Assembly: GCA_947085505.1 (NCBI GenBank)
Contig: CAMTWI010000004.1
Location: 65,800 to 129,799, forward strand
DNA length: 64,000 bases
DNA from: an uncultured bacterium
GTDB taxonomy: Bacteria > Patescibacteriota > Minisyncoccia > Phycocordibacterales > Phycocordibacteraceae
Direction: 5' to 3'
Shown here: one piece after another, positions 40,173 to 49,051 of the stretch
Layout: each line of letters opens with the position of its first letter
Numbering within the stretch: the first letter of the stretch is position 1
Translations under genes and position numbers: made by a program
Notes under the pieces: generated by a model
Database searches by the model: none
Told to the model about the DNA's origin: nothing
What the model saw: only the letters and a program-made list of their open reading frames with translations

Positions 40173-40276
40173 TGAAAACTCCTTTCGCTAAGGTACGACT
40201 GATTAATAACAGGGATTTAGTAGAGAGTCAAGGAATCATCTTTGCGTTTTATACCGTTACCAGCTAGGCTACATCT

Positions 40277-41371
40277 ATGAAAATCGGCATCGTAGGACTT
40301 CCAAACGTTGGGAAGTCCACTCTCTTTAATGCGCTTACTAAGGCCGCGGTCCCTGCGGAGAATTATCCGTTCTGCACCATAGACCCCTCTGTTGGAGTGG
40401 TGGGTGTACCGGATGAGCGTCTTACTCGACTCGCTGAGCTCTCGAAGTCCGAGAAGACACTACCTGCCGCTATTGAGTTCGTTGATATCGCAGGACTCGT
40501 TAAGGGTGCCTCTGAAGGCGAGGGTCTTGGGAATCAGTTCCTTTCTCATATCCGTGAGGTGGATGCCATTCTCCAGATGGTGCGCTTCTTTGACGATCCT
40601 GATGTTATTCACGTGCATGGAGATGTTGATCCGGTTCGTGATATTGAGATTATCAACCTCGAACTCATTCTTGCGGACCAGCAGTCCGTATCGGGGCGCC
40701 GCGAGCGCTTGGTGCGCGACGTGAAGTCGGGCAACAAGGATGCGGTTGCTGAGGATGCAGTGCTTGTTCAAATCGAGCAGGCGCTTCTTTCAGGCAAGCT
40801 CGCACGAACGGTTGAGCTTTCAGACGAAGATGCAAAGCGTATAAAGTCTTTGAATCTCCTTACAAGAAAGCCAATCCTCTATTCGTTTAACGGAAAGGCA
40901 GGCGGACACAATCTTTCAGAGCTTAATGACGGACGTGCGCAGGCCGCCTACGATCTCGTTGAGTCTTTGGGTGGGCGCTATGTAGAGGTTGATGCGCGCA
41001 CCGAACATGAGCTGAACGATGTAGCAGGGGAAGATAAGGACATGTTCCGTTCTGAGCTTGGTGTACAGGTAGACGGACTTGAGGCACTTATTCGCGGAGC
41101 GTACGAGACACTTGGTCTCATCACCTTCTTCACCACAGGTCCTAAAGAAACCCGTGCCTGGACTATTACGCGCGGAGCGTCAGCGCCAGAAGCAGGTGCC
41201 GCTATCCATAACGATTTCAAGGACAAGTTTATTCGGGCTGAAGTTGTTGGGTGCGATACGCTTGTTGCTGACGGGTCATGGAGTGCAGCTCGCGACAAAG
41301 GGGATATACGAACTGAGGGAAAGACGTACATTGTGAATGATGGGGATGTGATGGTGTTTCTGCATAGCTAA
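40277..41371 (+). CDS. ychF: redox-regulated ATPase YchF
   Basis: MKIGIVGLPNVGKSTLFNALT, FCTIDP, FVDIAGLVKGASEGEGLGNQFL and a C-terminal TGS-like GDVMVF. Confidence 0.95.
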   Translation: MKIGIVGLPNVGKSTLFNALTKAAVPAENYPFCTIDPSVGVVGVPDERLTRLAELSKSEKTLPAAIEFVDIAGLVKGASEGEGLGNQFLSHIREVDAILQMVRFFDDPDVIHVHGDVDPVRDIEIINLELILADQQSVSGRRERLVRDVKSGNKDAVAEDAVLVQIEQALLSGKLARTVELSDEDAKRIKSLNLLTRKPILYSFNGKAGGHNLSELNDGRAQAAYDLVESLGGRYVEVDARTEHELNDVAGEDKDMFRSELGVQVDGLEALIRGAYETLGLITFFTTGPKETRAWTITRGASAPEAGAAIHNDFKDKFIRAEVVGCDTLVADGSWSAARDKGDIRTEGKTYIVNDGDVMVFLHS

Positions 41372-41411
41372 ATTACGATTATAGAAGATCTGGTCGTGCA
41401 CCGCGTCCCAG

Positions 41412-41437
41412 AGGTTCGATCCCCAGTCTGCCAGCAA
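41412..41437 (+). repeat. copy B of tRNA-3'-half-like intergenic motif
   Basis: AGGTTCGATCCCCAGTCTGCCAGCAA. GGTTCGATCC is a canonical T-loop string. GTCTGCCAGC is at 41426-41435. Confidence 0.7.
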
Positions 41438-41455
41438 TATTGTTATACTCATTTC

Positions 41456-42061
41456 ATGATAAAAGCAGTGGTTTTTGACGCGGATGGAGTACTTATTAAT
41501 GCTGAGCGTTTTAGTCTCCAGCTTGAGCGCGAGTATGGAATTCCCGTCGATAGAGTTCTTCCGTTCTTTACGGGAGTATTTCAACAGTGCCTCGTGGGCA
41601 AGGCTAATCTGAAGGAGGTTATTGAGCCACACTTAAGCGAGTGGGGCTGGAAAGGAAGTGTCGATGAGCTTCTTACGTTTTGGTTCAAGGCTGAGCATTC
41701 AATAGACGAAGAGATGATTAGTATCGTTCAGTCTCTAAAAGGAAAGATCCATGTGTTCATGGCAACTAACCAGGAGCAGTGCCGTGTTGACTATATGACT
41801 AATGAAATGGGCTTTGGCGAAATCTTTACCAAGATCTATTCCTCTGCAGGAATCGGAGAACTCAAGATGAACTCTGAATTCTTCGCGCGAATGGTACAAG
41901 ACATACAGCAGAACTTCATCCCTGATATACAGCCTTCGGAGATACTCTTCTTTGATGACGCTCAGGAGAACATTAAAGGGGCCAATGATTTTGGTATTCA
42001 AGGGCATTTCTTCACAGGTATAGAAGATTTCAAGAAGAAGCTTGCTGAGGCTGGACTATAA
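41456..42061 (+). CDS. HAD-superfamily hydrolase
   Basis: Motif I VVFDADGVL, motif II ATNQ and motif IV FFDDAQEN. The ATG at 41456 is preceded by TATACT at 41444-49 (6-nt gap); ORF-track start 41396 runs through the repeat. Confidence 0.8.
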   Translation: MIKAVVFDADGVLINAERFSLQLEREYGIPVDRVLPFFTGVFQQCLVGKANLKEVIEPHLSEWGWKGSVDELLTFWFKAEHSIDEEMISIVQSLKGKIHVFMATNQEQCRVDYMTNEMGFGEIFTKIYSSAGIGELKMNSEFFARMVQDIQQNFIPDIQPSEILFFDDAQENIKGANDFGIQGHFFTGIEDFKKKLAEAGL

Positions 42062-42090
42062 AGGTTCCAACATCGTCCCAGACTGCCTGC
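42062..42090 (+). repeat. copy D (variant) of the intergenic motif
   Basis: AGGTTCCAACATCGTCCCAGACTGCCTGC lies directly after the HAD stop and directly before TATACT at 42091-96. It shares GTTCCAACATCGTyCCAG with copy E and CCCAGwCTGCCwGC with copy B. Confidence 0.55.
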
Positions 42091-42104
42091 TATACTTCTC
42101 GCAT

Positions 42105-42554
42105 ATGGAAATAAGCAACCTTGTAGGGCCCGTAGAAATGCAGTTTGTTATCGGTCTCGGGCTCTCTCTTATTCTTGGATACATCGTTGGTGTTGAGCGC
42201 GAAATGCGTCACAAGGACGCAGGTATAAGCACCCACATCATGGTTATTGCAGGCTCGATGCTTTTCACACTTCTCTCAAGCATTGTTGATCCTCTTTCAA
42301 CCTCACGTATTGCGTCCCAGATTGTTGTGGGTATCGGATTCCTTGGTGCCGGACTCATTCTTAAGGAAGGAGCGAGTGTTAAGAATCTCACAACCGCGGC
42401 GAGTGTCTGGTTCGCTGCTGCTATTGGTATGGCACTTGGCTTTGGGTTCTACATTATTGCGATTATCGCAGCGATTGTTATAGCGCTTGTACCGCGTATC
42501 CCAAGCCTGCATAACGACTTGCATAAGGAGACGTGCGTAAAGTGCTCGGAATAA
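42105..42554 (+). CDS. MgtC/SapB family membrane protein
   Basis: GLGLSLILGYIVGVERE...AGISTH..V..GS and GIGFLGAGLILKEG..V.NLTTAASVW..AAIGMALG. Confidence 0.8.
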   Translation: MEISNLVGPVEMQFVIGLGLSLILGYIVGVEREMRHKDAGISTHIMVIAGSMLFTLLSSIVDPLSTSRIASQIVVGIGFLGAGLILKEGASVKNLTTAASVWFAAAIGMALGFGFYIIAIIAAIVIALVPRIPSLHNDLHKETCVKCSE

Positions 42555-42584
42555 AATTGTAGAGTCGTGGTATAATCCACGAAT

Positions 42585-43562
42585 ATGGAAAACACCCCCG
42601 CTGCAGCGCCCTCGGCATCAAAGACAACTCCCCGCGACTTCTTCTTTTGGGCTGGGCTTCTTGTGGCGCTTATAGGAAGCGTCATCTCCTTTACGACGCT
42701 TCTCTTCTCCTATATAAACTTCGCGTTCCCGGATCCGCTCGCGTACTACGGCGATCCATATGGTGGTTCGGTCCGTGTTGCGATGGCGTGCGTGATCGTA
42801 TTTATCCCTACAACGCTCGTACTTGCGCACCTCATTCGCAAGACAATTATAAATGAGGCAGGGAAGGCGAACATCTGGGTTCGTCGCTGGGCACTTGGTC
42901 TCATACTCTTCGTTGCAACGCTAGCGATTCTCATTGACCTCATAACGCTCATCATGACGTTCCTTGGGGGTGAACTTTCAATTCGCTTTGGCCTTAAGGT
43001 GCTGGTAGTGCTTCTGGTTGCTGCGTTCATGTTCCTGCACTTCCTTGCAGATCTGAAGGGATATTGGATTGAGAACGCTAAGAAAGCAGGTCTTGTATCG
43101 TCTGCAGTACTCGCCATGGCACTTGTGTCAGTTGTTGCAGGGTTCTTTATCATCGGTACGCCGGGAGATATCCGCATGATGCGCTTTGACGAGCAGAAGG
43201 TGATGGATCTTCAAGGCATCCAGTACCAGGTTGTGAACTACTATCAGTTGAAAGAGGAACTCCCTGAGTCGCTTGCGCTCCTTAATGACCCAATTTCAAG
43301 CTTTATGATTCCTGTTGATCCTCAGTCAGGATCAGCGTATCACTATCGCGTAACAGGCCCGCTCTCGTTTGAGCTCTGTGCCGTGTTCAATAAGCCAACG
43401 CCTGATACGCGTGGCCAAGGAGGGTATCCAGCTCGTGATATAAGTTACCCATCACCCGGTATGGGAGTTGATGAGAATTGGCAGCACGAGGCGGGAGATA
43501 CCTGCTTTACGCGCACCATTGATCCTGAGCGCTATCCAATCTTCGAGAAGCCTCTTCGGTAG
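42585..43562 (+). CDS. multi-TM protein with C-terminal soluble domain (DUF5671-like?)
   Basis: Five to six TM helices followed by a ~140-aa C-terminal domain. The DUF5671 assignment is from memory only. Confidence 0.45.
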   Translation: MENTPAAAPSASKTTPRDFFFWAGLLVALIGSVISFTTLLFSYINFAFPDPLAYYGDPYGGSVRVAMACVIVFIPTTLVLAHLIRKTIINEAGKANIWVRRWALGLILFVATLAILIDLITLIMTFLGGELSIRFGLKVLVVLLVAAFMFLHFLADLKGYWIENAKKAGLVSSAVLAMALVSVVAGFFIIGTPGDIRMMRFDEQKVMDLQGIQYQVVNYYQLKEELPESLALLNDPISSFMIPVDPQSGSAYHYRVTGPLSFELCAVFNKPTPDTRGQGGYPARDISYPSPGMGVDENWQHEAGDTCFTRTIDPERYPIFEKPLR

Positions 43563-43571
43563 AAGGTATAT

Positions 43572-46439
43572 ATGGCGAAAGAACGGTTCGATCATATAGC
43601 GATTGAGAAGTCCGCCCAAGAGAAATGGGAGGCGCTCGATATCTACACAACCGACCTCACCGATTCAGAAAAGGAACCGTATTACCTTTTGTTCGAGTTC
43701 CCATATCCTTCAGGAGATCTCCATATTGGCCATTGGTTCGCGTTTGCCCTTACGGATATATTTGCGCGCTTCAAGCGTATGCAAGGGAAGAATGTATTGT
43801 TCCCGATGGGATTCGATTCCTTTGGACTTCCTGCTGAGAACGCGGCTATTAAGAACGGTGCGGACCCAGCAGTGTGGACCAACGAGAACATGGAGCGCAT
43901 GCGCGCGCAGGTGAAGACCATGGGAACCTCTGTTGATTGGTCTAAGGAAGTCGTTACCTCAAGCCCCGAGTACTACAAGTGGACGCAGTGGCTCTTCTCA
44001 AAGCTGTATGACCACGGACTTGCGTACCGCAAGGAAGCGGCAGTGAAGTGGTGTCCGAAGGATCAAACGGTGCTCGCCAACGAACAGGTAATTGATGGCA
44101 AGTGCGAGCGTTGTGACTCTGAAGTAGAGGAGAAATTCCTTACGCAGTGGTTCATGGGCATTACGAAGTATGCGGAGCGTCTTCTTACTGATCTTGATCC
44201 GCTTCCATGGCGCGAAGAGATGAAGGATGCGCAGCGTGCATGGATAGGAAAGTCAGAAGGAGCAAAACTCTCCTTCCCTATTCTCTTTGCTGACGAAGCG
44301 AAGAATGAATGGAGGGACGAGGAAGAAAACCCTGCTCAAGTAGCGGTATTTACGACGCGTCCTGACACGGTCTTTGGTGCAACGTATGTCGTGCTCGCGC
44401 CCGAACACCCGTGGGTAGTAGGAGCACTTGAACATGGCACTGATGTATTTTCAAACGAGAAGGAGATTCGTGCGTATATACAGGAGACCTCAAAGAAGAC
44501 TGAGCGGGAGCGTCTTGAGAACAAGGAGAAGACCGGTGTGAAGCTTGATGGCATTCGTGCTGTTAACCCAGCAACGAAGGAAGAGATTCCGGTATTTATT
44601 GCAGATTACGTACTTGCGTCCTACGGAACGGGTGCGGTTATGGCGGTCCCCGCTCATGACGAGCGAGATTATGCGTTTGCAAAGAAGTTTGATCTTCCAA
44701 TCAAACCAGTTATTGATCCTGTGACGGGAACGCCGCAGGACAATCCGGAGGATAAGGATAAGATTGTTGCGATTGTGGAGTACGAGGGGCAAGTCCTAAC
44801 GATCAACTGGAAACCTGAACTTGGCGGGAGACTCACGGTTGGAGGAACGTCGGAGATAGACGAGGACGCTGCAACAACAGCGATGCGTGAGGTTGCGGAG
44901 GAGACTGGCTATACCGACCTTGAGCTCGTTGAGCGTGCGGAGGAGATGGTGCACCACGAGTACTTTGCGCACTCGAAGGGAAGGCCGTTTGTTGCACATA
45001 CGACACTCCTTCACTTCCGTTTAAAGAGCGATGCGCAGCAGGAACCACTTCTCGAAGAAGACGAGAAAGGGAAATTCAATGTCGAGTGGTTACCTATTAC
45101 TACAGCGATCCAGGAAATTAAGGATCCGCTCCATAGCTATGCGCTTTCAAGATTCCTTACTCCTTCGGCGTATGTAGGAGACGGTCTACTGCGCAATTCA
45201 GGGCAGTTCGATGGCAGAGACAACCGTGAAGCAATGGGCGAGATTATTGATTTCGTTGGCGGCGAGCGCGTTACAAACTATCGCCTCCGCGACTGGCTCG
45301 TTTCTCGCCAGCGCTACTGGGGCTGCCCAATACCAGTTGTATATGACCCACAGGGTGCGCCACACTTGATTCCTTACGAGCATCTTCCGTGGACACTGCC
45401 CACGGACGTTGATTTCTCGCCATCTGCAGAGTCTCCACTCGCCACTTCTAAGGAACTCAAAGAACGTGTTGAACGAATCTTTGGCGAGGGATGGACTCCT
45501 GAGTACGATACCCTCGATACCTTTGTTGATTCTTCGTGGTACTTCCTTCGGTATCTCGATTCGAAGGATGAGAATGATTTCTCAGATCAGTCACTCATGA
45601 AGAAGTGGCTCCCGGTTAATCGCTACTCGGGAGGCAGCGAGCACACAACGATGCATCTTCTGTATTCACGCTTCTTCCATAAGGCGCTCTACGATCTTGC
45701 GCTCGTACCAACCCCAGAACCATTCGAAGAGCGCTTCAACCGTGGACTTATTCTTGGCACTGACGGACAGAAAATGTCGAAGCGCTGGGGAAATGTTGTT
45801 AATCCGGATGAGGTACTGGCAAAACTTGGTTCAGACGCGGTGCGTATGTACCTCGCCTTCATTGGTCCGTATAACGAACCGGGAAGTTATCCGTGGAAAC
45901 TTGATGGGGCGGTTGCGATGCGAAAGTTCCTTGATCGGGTGTGCCAGCTCTCTGAAAAGGTTACGGAGGGAGAAATGTCTGAGAGCGAACGGACGTCACT
46001 CGCAAAGGCCGTGAAGAAGGTAACGGGAGACACGGAGCGTTTTAAGTTCAATACCGCGATCTCAGGACACATGGTGTTCGTACGAGAGCTTGAGAGTGCT
46101 AAATCTATATCGAAAGAGATATACCTCGCACTCGTATCACTTATGGCTCCGTTTGCCCCGCACCTCGCCGAGCATCTCTGGGAGAAAATGGGCGCCGAGG
46201 GCAGTGTGCATACGACCTCATGGCCGCAAGAGATCGCCATAGAGGAAGACGCTATTGTTATAGGTGTGCAGGTAAATGGCAAAAGGAGGGCCGAGATTGC
46301 CCTAGCTCCTGACGCTTCTGAGGAGGAGGCTATGGAGGCCGCAAGGGCTAATGAGACCATTAGCCGCCTACTTCATGAAGGAAGCCTAGAAAAAATAGTC
46401 TATGTTCCAGGCCGTATTCTGAACATGGTGATAACATGA
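43572..46439 (+). CDS. leuS: leucyl-tRNA synthetase carrying an inserted Nudix domain
   Basis: PYPSGDLHIGH, CP1 editing TTRPDTVFGATY and GTGAVMAVPAHDERDY, NYRLRDWLVSRQRYWG, KMSKRWGN. A Nudix box is at nt 44844-44912. Confidence 0.95.
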   Translation: MAKERFDHIAIEKSAQEKWEALDIYTTDLTDSEKEPYYLLFEFPYPSGDLHIGHWFAFALTDIFARFKRMQGKNVLFPMGFDSFGLPAENAAIKNGADPAVWTNENMERMRAQVKTMGTSVDWSKEVVTSSPEYYKWTQWLFSKLYDHGLAYRKEAAVKWCPKDQTVLANEQVIDGKCERCDSEVEEKFLTQWFMGITKYAERLLTDLDPLPWREEMKDAQRAWIGKSEGAKLSFPILFADEAKNEWRDEEENPAQVAVFTTRPDTVFGATYVVLAPEHPWVVGALEHGTDVFSNEKEIRAYIQETSKKTERERLENKEKTGVKLDGIRAVNPATKEEIPVFIADYVLASYGTGAVMAVPAHDERDYAFAKKFDLPIKPVIDPVTGTPQDNPEDKDKIVAIVEYEGQVLTINWKPELGGRLTVGGTSEIDEDAATTAMREVAEETGYTDLELVERAEEMVHHEYFAHSKGRPFVAHTTLLHFRLKSDAQQEPLLEEDEKGKFNVEWLPITTAIQEIKDPLHSYALSRFLTPSAYVGDGLLRNSGQFDGRDNREAMGEIIDFVGGERVTNYRLRDWLVSRQRYWGCPIPVVYDPQGAPHLIPYEHLPWTLPTDVDFSPSAESPLATSKELKERVERIFGEGWTPEYDTLDTFVDSSWYFLRYLDSKDENDFSDQSLMKKWLPVNRYSGGSEHTTMHLLYSRFFHKALYDLALVPTPEPFEERFNRGLILGTDGQKMSKRWGNVVNPDEVLAKLGSDAVRMYLAFIGPYNEPGSYPWKLDGAVAMRKFLDRVCQLSEKVTEGEMSESERTSLAKAVKKVTGDTERFKFNTAISGHMVFVRELESAKSISKEIYLALVSLMAPFAPHLAEHLWEKMGAEGSVHTTSWPQEIAIEEDAIVIGVQVNGKRRAEIALAPDASEEEAMEAARANETISRLLHEGSLEKIVYVPGRILNMVIT

Positions 46440-46441
46440 AG

Positions 46442-46470
46442 TTGACTTTAAAAGCCCAATCTGGTATAAG
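46442..46470 (+). promoter_or_regulatory. sigma-70-like promoter TTGACT-N17-TATAAG
   Basis: TTGACT at 46442-47, a 17-nt spacer, and TATAAG at 46465-70, which lies 17 nt upstream of ATG 46488. Confidence 0.5.
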
Positions 46471-46487
46471 AATACCACACTAATCGC

Positions 46488-47579
46488 ATGAAAAAATCAC
46501 TAAAGAAGGCGGCTTCGGCCCCAAAGAAGTCTGCCGCAGCTAAGAAGAAGGCCACAACTTCTATTTCGTTTGATACAACCACGCTTGTGAAGCGTCTTCT
46601 TGCTGAGGTGCCGGAGCGCGCTCGTGAGGTGCTCATTTTCCGTTTTGGTCTCGGTGCTAAATCAAGTCGCGACACGCTTGAGGCTATTGGAGAGCGCTGG
46701 AGCATTACGCGTGAGCGCGTACGTCAGATTGAGGCTGCCGGTATTGAGTCCATTCGTAACAGCAAGGCTTTTAAGGACTCCCAGGACGCTTTTGACGAGC
46801 TATCTCAGTACATGGCTGCACTTGGCGGCATCATCCCCGAGGAGGAACTTCTTGAAGGTCTCGCAACGGACGAGAAGTCTCGCAACCGATATCGTTTTCT
46901 TCTCGTTGTTGGAAGCTCATTCTTCCGCGAGCGTGAGACCGACGATTTCTACGCGCGATGGCATGTTGATCATAAGACTGCTGAAGCAGTGCACAGTGCA
47001 CTTTCTCGCCTCTACGAGACACTCGACGACGCTGAGGTGCTCGCTGAAGGCGACATCATCAACCGCTTCCTTGAGGAACTGAAAGAGGTAAACAGTGCCT
47101 ATCGCAACGAAGAGATTCTTAAGCGTTGGCTCACCATTTCAAAGACCATCGCAAAGAACCCTCTTTCTGAATGGGGTAAGGCGCATGCGCCGGCAATTCG
47201 CACCAAGGGTATCCGCGATTACGCGTACCTCGTGATTAAGCAGAAGGGCGAACCAATGCACTTTGGCGATGTTGCCAAGTCTATCGTTGACGTGTTCAAC
47301 AAGAAGGCACATGTTGCAACAACGCATAACGAACTGATTAAGGACTCGCGCTTTGTGCTTGTTGGCCGCGGCCTTTACGCGCTCGCAGAATGGGGCTTCT
47401 CCCCAGGTGTTGTGCGTGACGTCATCAAGGAAGCGCTCGTTAAGGGTCCTCTTAATCGTGACGAGATCATCAAGGAGGTAAAGAAGGTTCGCTACGTTAA
47501 GGACAACACGATTCTCGTGAACCTTGGCGACACGCGCTACTTTAAACGCCACAAGGACGGCACCTACACTGCGGTGTAA
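46488..47579 (+). CDS. DNA-binding protein with sigma-70 region-4-like HTH and HARE-HTH-like C-terminal domain
   Basis: REVLIFRFGLG...TLEAIGERWSITRERVRQIEAAGIESIR is region-4-like. The C-terminal IRDYAYLVIKQKGEPMHFGDVAKSI...DSRFVLVGRGLYALAEWG is HARE-HTH-like (from memory). Confidence 0.6.
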   Translation: MKKSLKKAASAPKKSAAAKKKATTSISFDTTTLVKRLLAEVPERAREVLIFRFGLGAKSSRDTLEAIGERWSITRERVRQIEAAGIESIRNSKAFKDSQDAFDELSQYMAALGGIIPEEELLEGLATDEKSRNRYRFLLVVGSSFFRERETDDFYARWHVDHKTAEAVHSALSRLYETLDDAEVLAEGDIINRFLEELKEVNSAYRNEEILKRWLTISKTIAKNPLSEWGKAHAPAIRTKGIRDYAYLVIKQKGEPMHFGDVAKSIVDVFNKKAHVATTHNELIKDSRFVLVGRGLYALAEWGFSPGVVRDVIKEALVKGPLNRDEIIKEVKKVRYVKDNTILVNLGDTRYFKRHKDGTYTAV

Positions 47580-47595
47580 CACTATTCCGTACACA

Positions 47596-47628
47596 CAAGA
47601 AGGCCTCGCTCATCGCGAGGCCTTCTTG
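47596..47628 (+). terminator. intrinsic terminator
   Basis: CAAGAAGGCCTCGC-TCATC-GCGAGGCCTTCTTG forms a 14-bp stem, followed by TTTTGTTG. Confidence 0.85.
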
Positions 47629-47649
47629 TTTTGTTGCTATACTTCGAGC

Positions 47650-49026
47650 ATGTCATCAGGCGGACACGGTGGAGGACTCCCATTCCTCGATGTTATTGAG
47701 CATTGGGTACATGGCGTACATGAAGAAGGTGGCACAGCGATTCAGCTTAAGCCGCTCTTAATTGCGTTTGCTGCTGAGATTGTCGCCTTCTTCTTCATTG
47801 CGCCCGCACAGTCCGTTACGAACTTTCAGTTCCTATTGTTTGCGGCACCCCTCTGGATACCATTAGTGCTGTACCCGTTTACCTTGAAGCGGTATATCGA
47901 CGCGAACAAGTTGGCGTTTATTGCAAAGCAGGACCACGTGTTGCTTGAGATTAAGATGCCACGCGATACACGACGTACACCGCTCGCGATGGAGACAATA
48001 TTCTCTAGTATGCATATCGGCGGAGGCGAGACGACGTGGTACAAGCGGATCATCGAAGGTCGTTCACGCCCCTGGTACTCGTACGAGATGGCCTCGATTG
48101 GCGGCCGTGTGCACTACTTTGTTTGGATGCGTTCAGGATGGCGCCGTCCATTCGAGAGTTATATATACGCCCAGTATCCCGGTGTTGAAGTTATTGAGGC
48201 CATGGACTACTCAAGGCTTATCGATCCGTCGCATGATCCGTACACCATGACGGCATTCGAGTTCTATAAGACCAAGCCAGATCCGTACCCCATAAAGACG
48301 TATGTTGAGTATGGTCTCGACAAAATACAGAAGCCGGAAGAGCAAGTTGATCCGATGGCGCAGGTTATTGAGGTTATGGGATCCCTTGGACCCAAGGAGC
48401 AGTTGTGGGTGCAATTTGTCGTACGTATCCATAAAGGAGAGAAATACGGCGAAGATCAGAAGCGAACCTGGAAGGATGAAGCCAAGGACGTACTCAAAGA
48501 ACTCAAGGAAGAAGATGCTGTTACGAACGAGTATGTTGATGCGAATGGCGTTAAGAAGACCAGTGTTAGTTATCCAAACCCGACACGTGCTATGGCGAGC
48601 CGTATTGAAGCGGTTGAGAAGAATACCGGGAAGCAAGCGTATGACGTTGGTATTCGCGGTATCTACTGCGCACCAAAGGATTCCGCATACGGCACCATGG
48701 GTGGCATACTCGTGAATCTCTTCAAGCCGTACAACTCTGAGCAGTTCAATTCACTCATGCCTTCAAATGGACGGTGGTCCAACCATTTCAATGATTATCC
48801 ATGGGAGGACAAGCATGGACACCATCTTGCACACGCTAACCACAGTGTTCTTGAGTTCTATCGTATGCGCGCGTTCTTCCATCCTCCGTACGTGGGTGCA
48901 TATAACGTTATGAGCGTCGAGGAACTCGCGACTATGTATCACGTTCCTTCAAGCTCGGTTACAACGCCATCCCTACCTCGTATCCAGTCCACAACGAGCG
49001 AGGCGCCAAGCAATCTCCCTACATAG
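47650..49026 (+). CDS. membrane-anchored paralog of the N-terminal region of the 11512-14247 ATPase
   Basis: N-terminal TM helices. LLEIKMPRDT...YSYEMASIGGRVHYFVWMRSGWRRPFESYIYAQYPGVEVI and the C-terminal MSVEELATMYHVP...APSNLP parallel LYEIALPEAN...MTLELAVPVDAPHLMFYASVPNTRKELFENQLLAIFPNAHV and LSLRELTTLYHFP...APVGLP in the ATPase. The ATG at 47650 follows TATACT at 47638-43. Confidence 0.6.
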   Translation: MSSGGHGGGLPFLDVIEHWVHGVHEEGGTAIQLKPLLIAFAAEIVAFFFIAPAQSVTNFQFLLFAAPLWIPLVLYPFTLKRYIDANKLAFIAKQDHVLLEIKMPRDTRRTPLAMETIFSSMHIGGGETTWYKRIIEGRSRPWYSYEMASIGGRVHYFVWMRSGWRRPFESYIYAQYPGVEVIEAMDYSRLIDPSHDPYTMTAFEFYKTKPDPYPIKTYVEYGLDKIQKPEEQVDPMAQVIEVMGSLGPKEQLWVQFVVRIHKGEKYGEDQKRTWKDEAKDVLKELKEEDAVTNEYVDANGVKKTSVSYPNPTRAMASRIEAVEKNTGKQAYDVGIRGIYCAPKDSAYGTMGGILVNLFKPYNSEQFNSLMPSNGRWSNHFNDYPWEDKHGHHLAHANHSVLEFYRMRAFFHPPYVGAYNVMSVEELATMYHVPSSSVTTPSLPRIQSTTSEAPSNLPT

Positions 49027-49051
49027 CGTAAAGAGTGCTATACCTTGAGTT

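Noticed and set aside
39951-40175. + strand 74-aa ORF co-located with the minus-strand 72-aa ORF
   Set aside because: The + frame product is hydrophilic and low in complexity, with no SD or -10. The minus frame gives two clean TM helices and an AAGGAG SD, so I called only the minus-strand ORF.
41372-41437. Possible tRNA gene, because of the perfect GGTTCGATCC T-loop string
   Set aside because: The T-stem pairs at only 2 of 5 positions. No acceptor 5' strand, D-arm or anticodon arm can be drawn on either strand, and the same holds at 1808 and 56132. I report it as a repeat motif instead.
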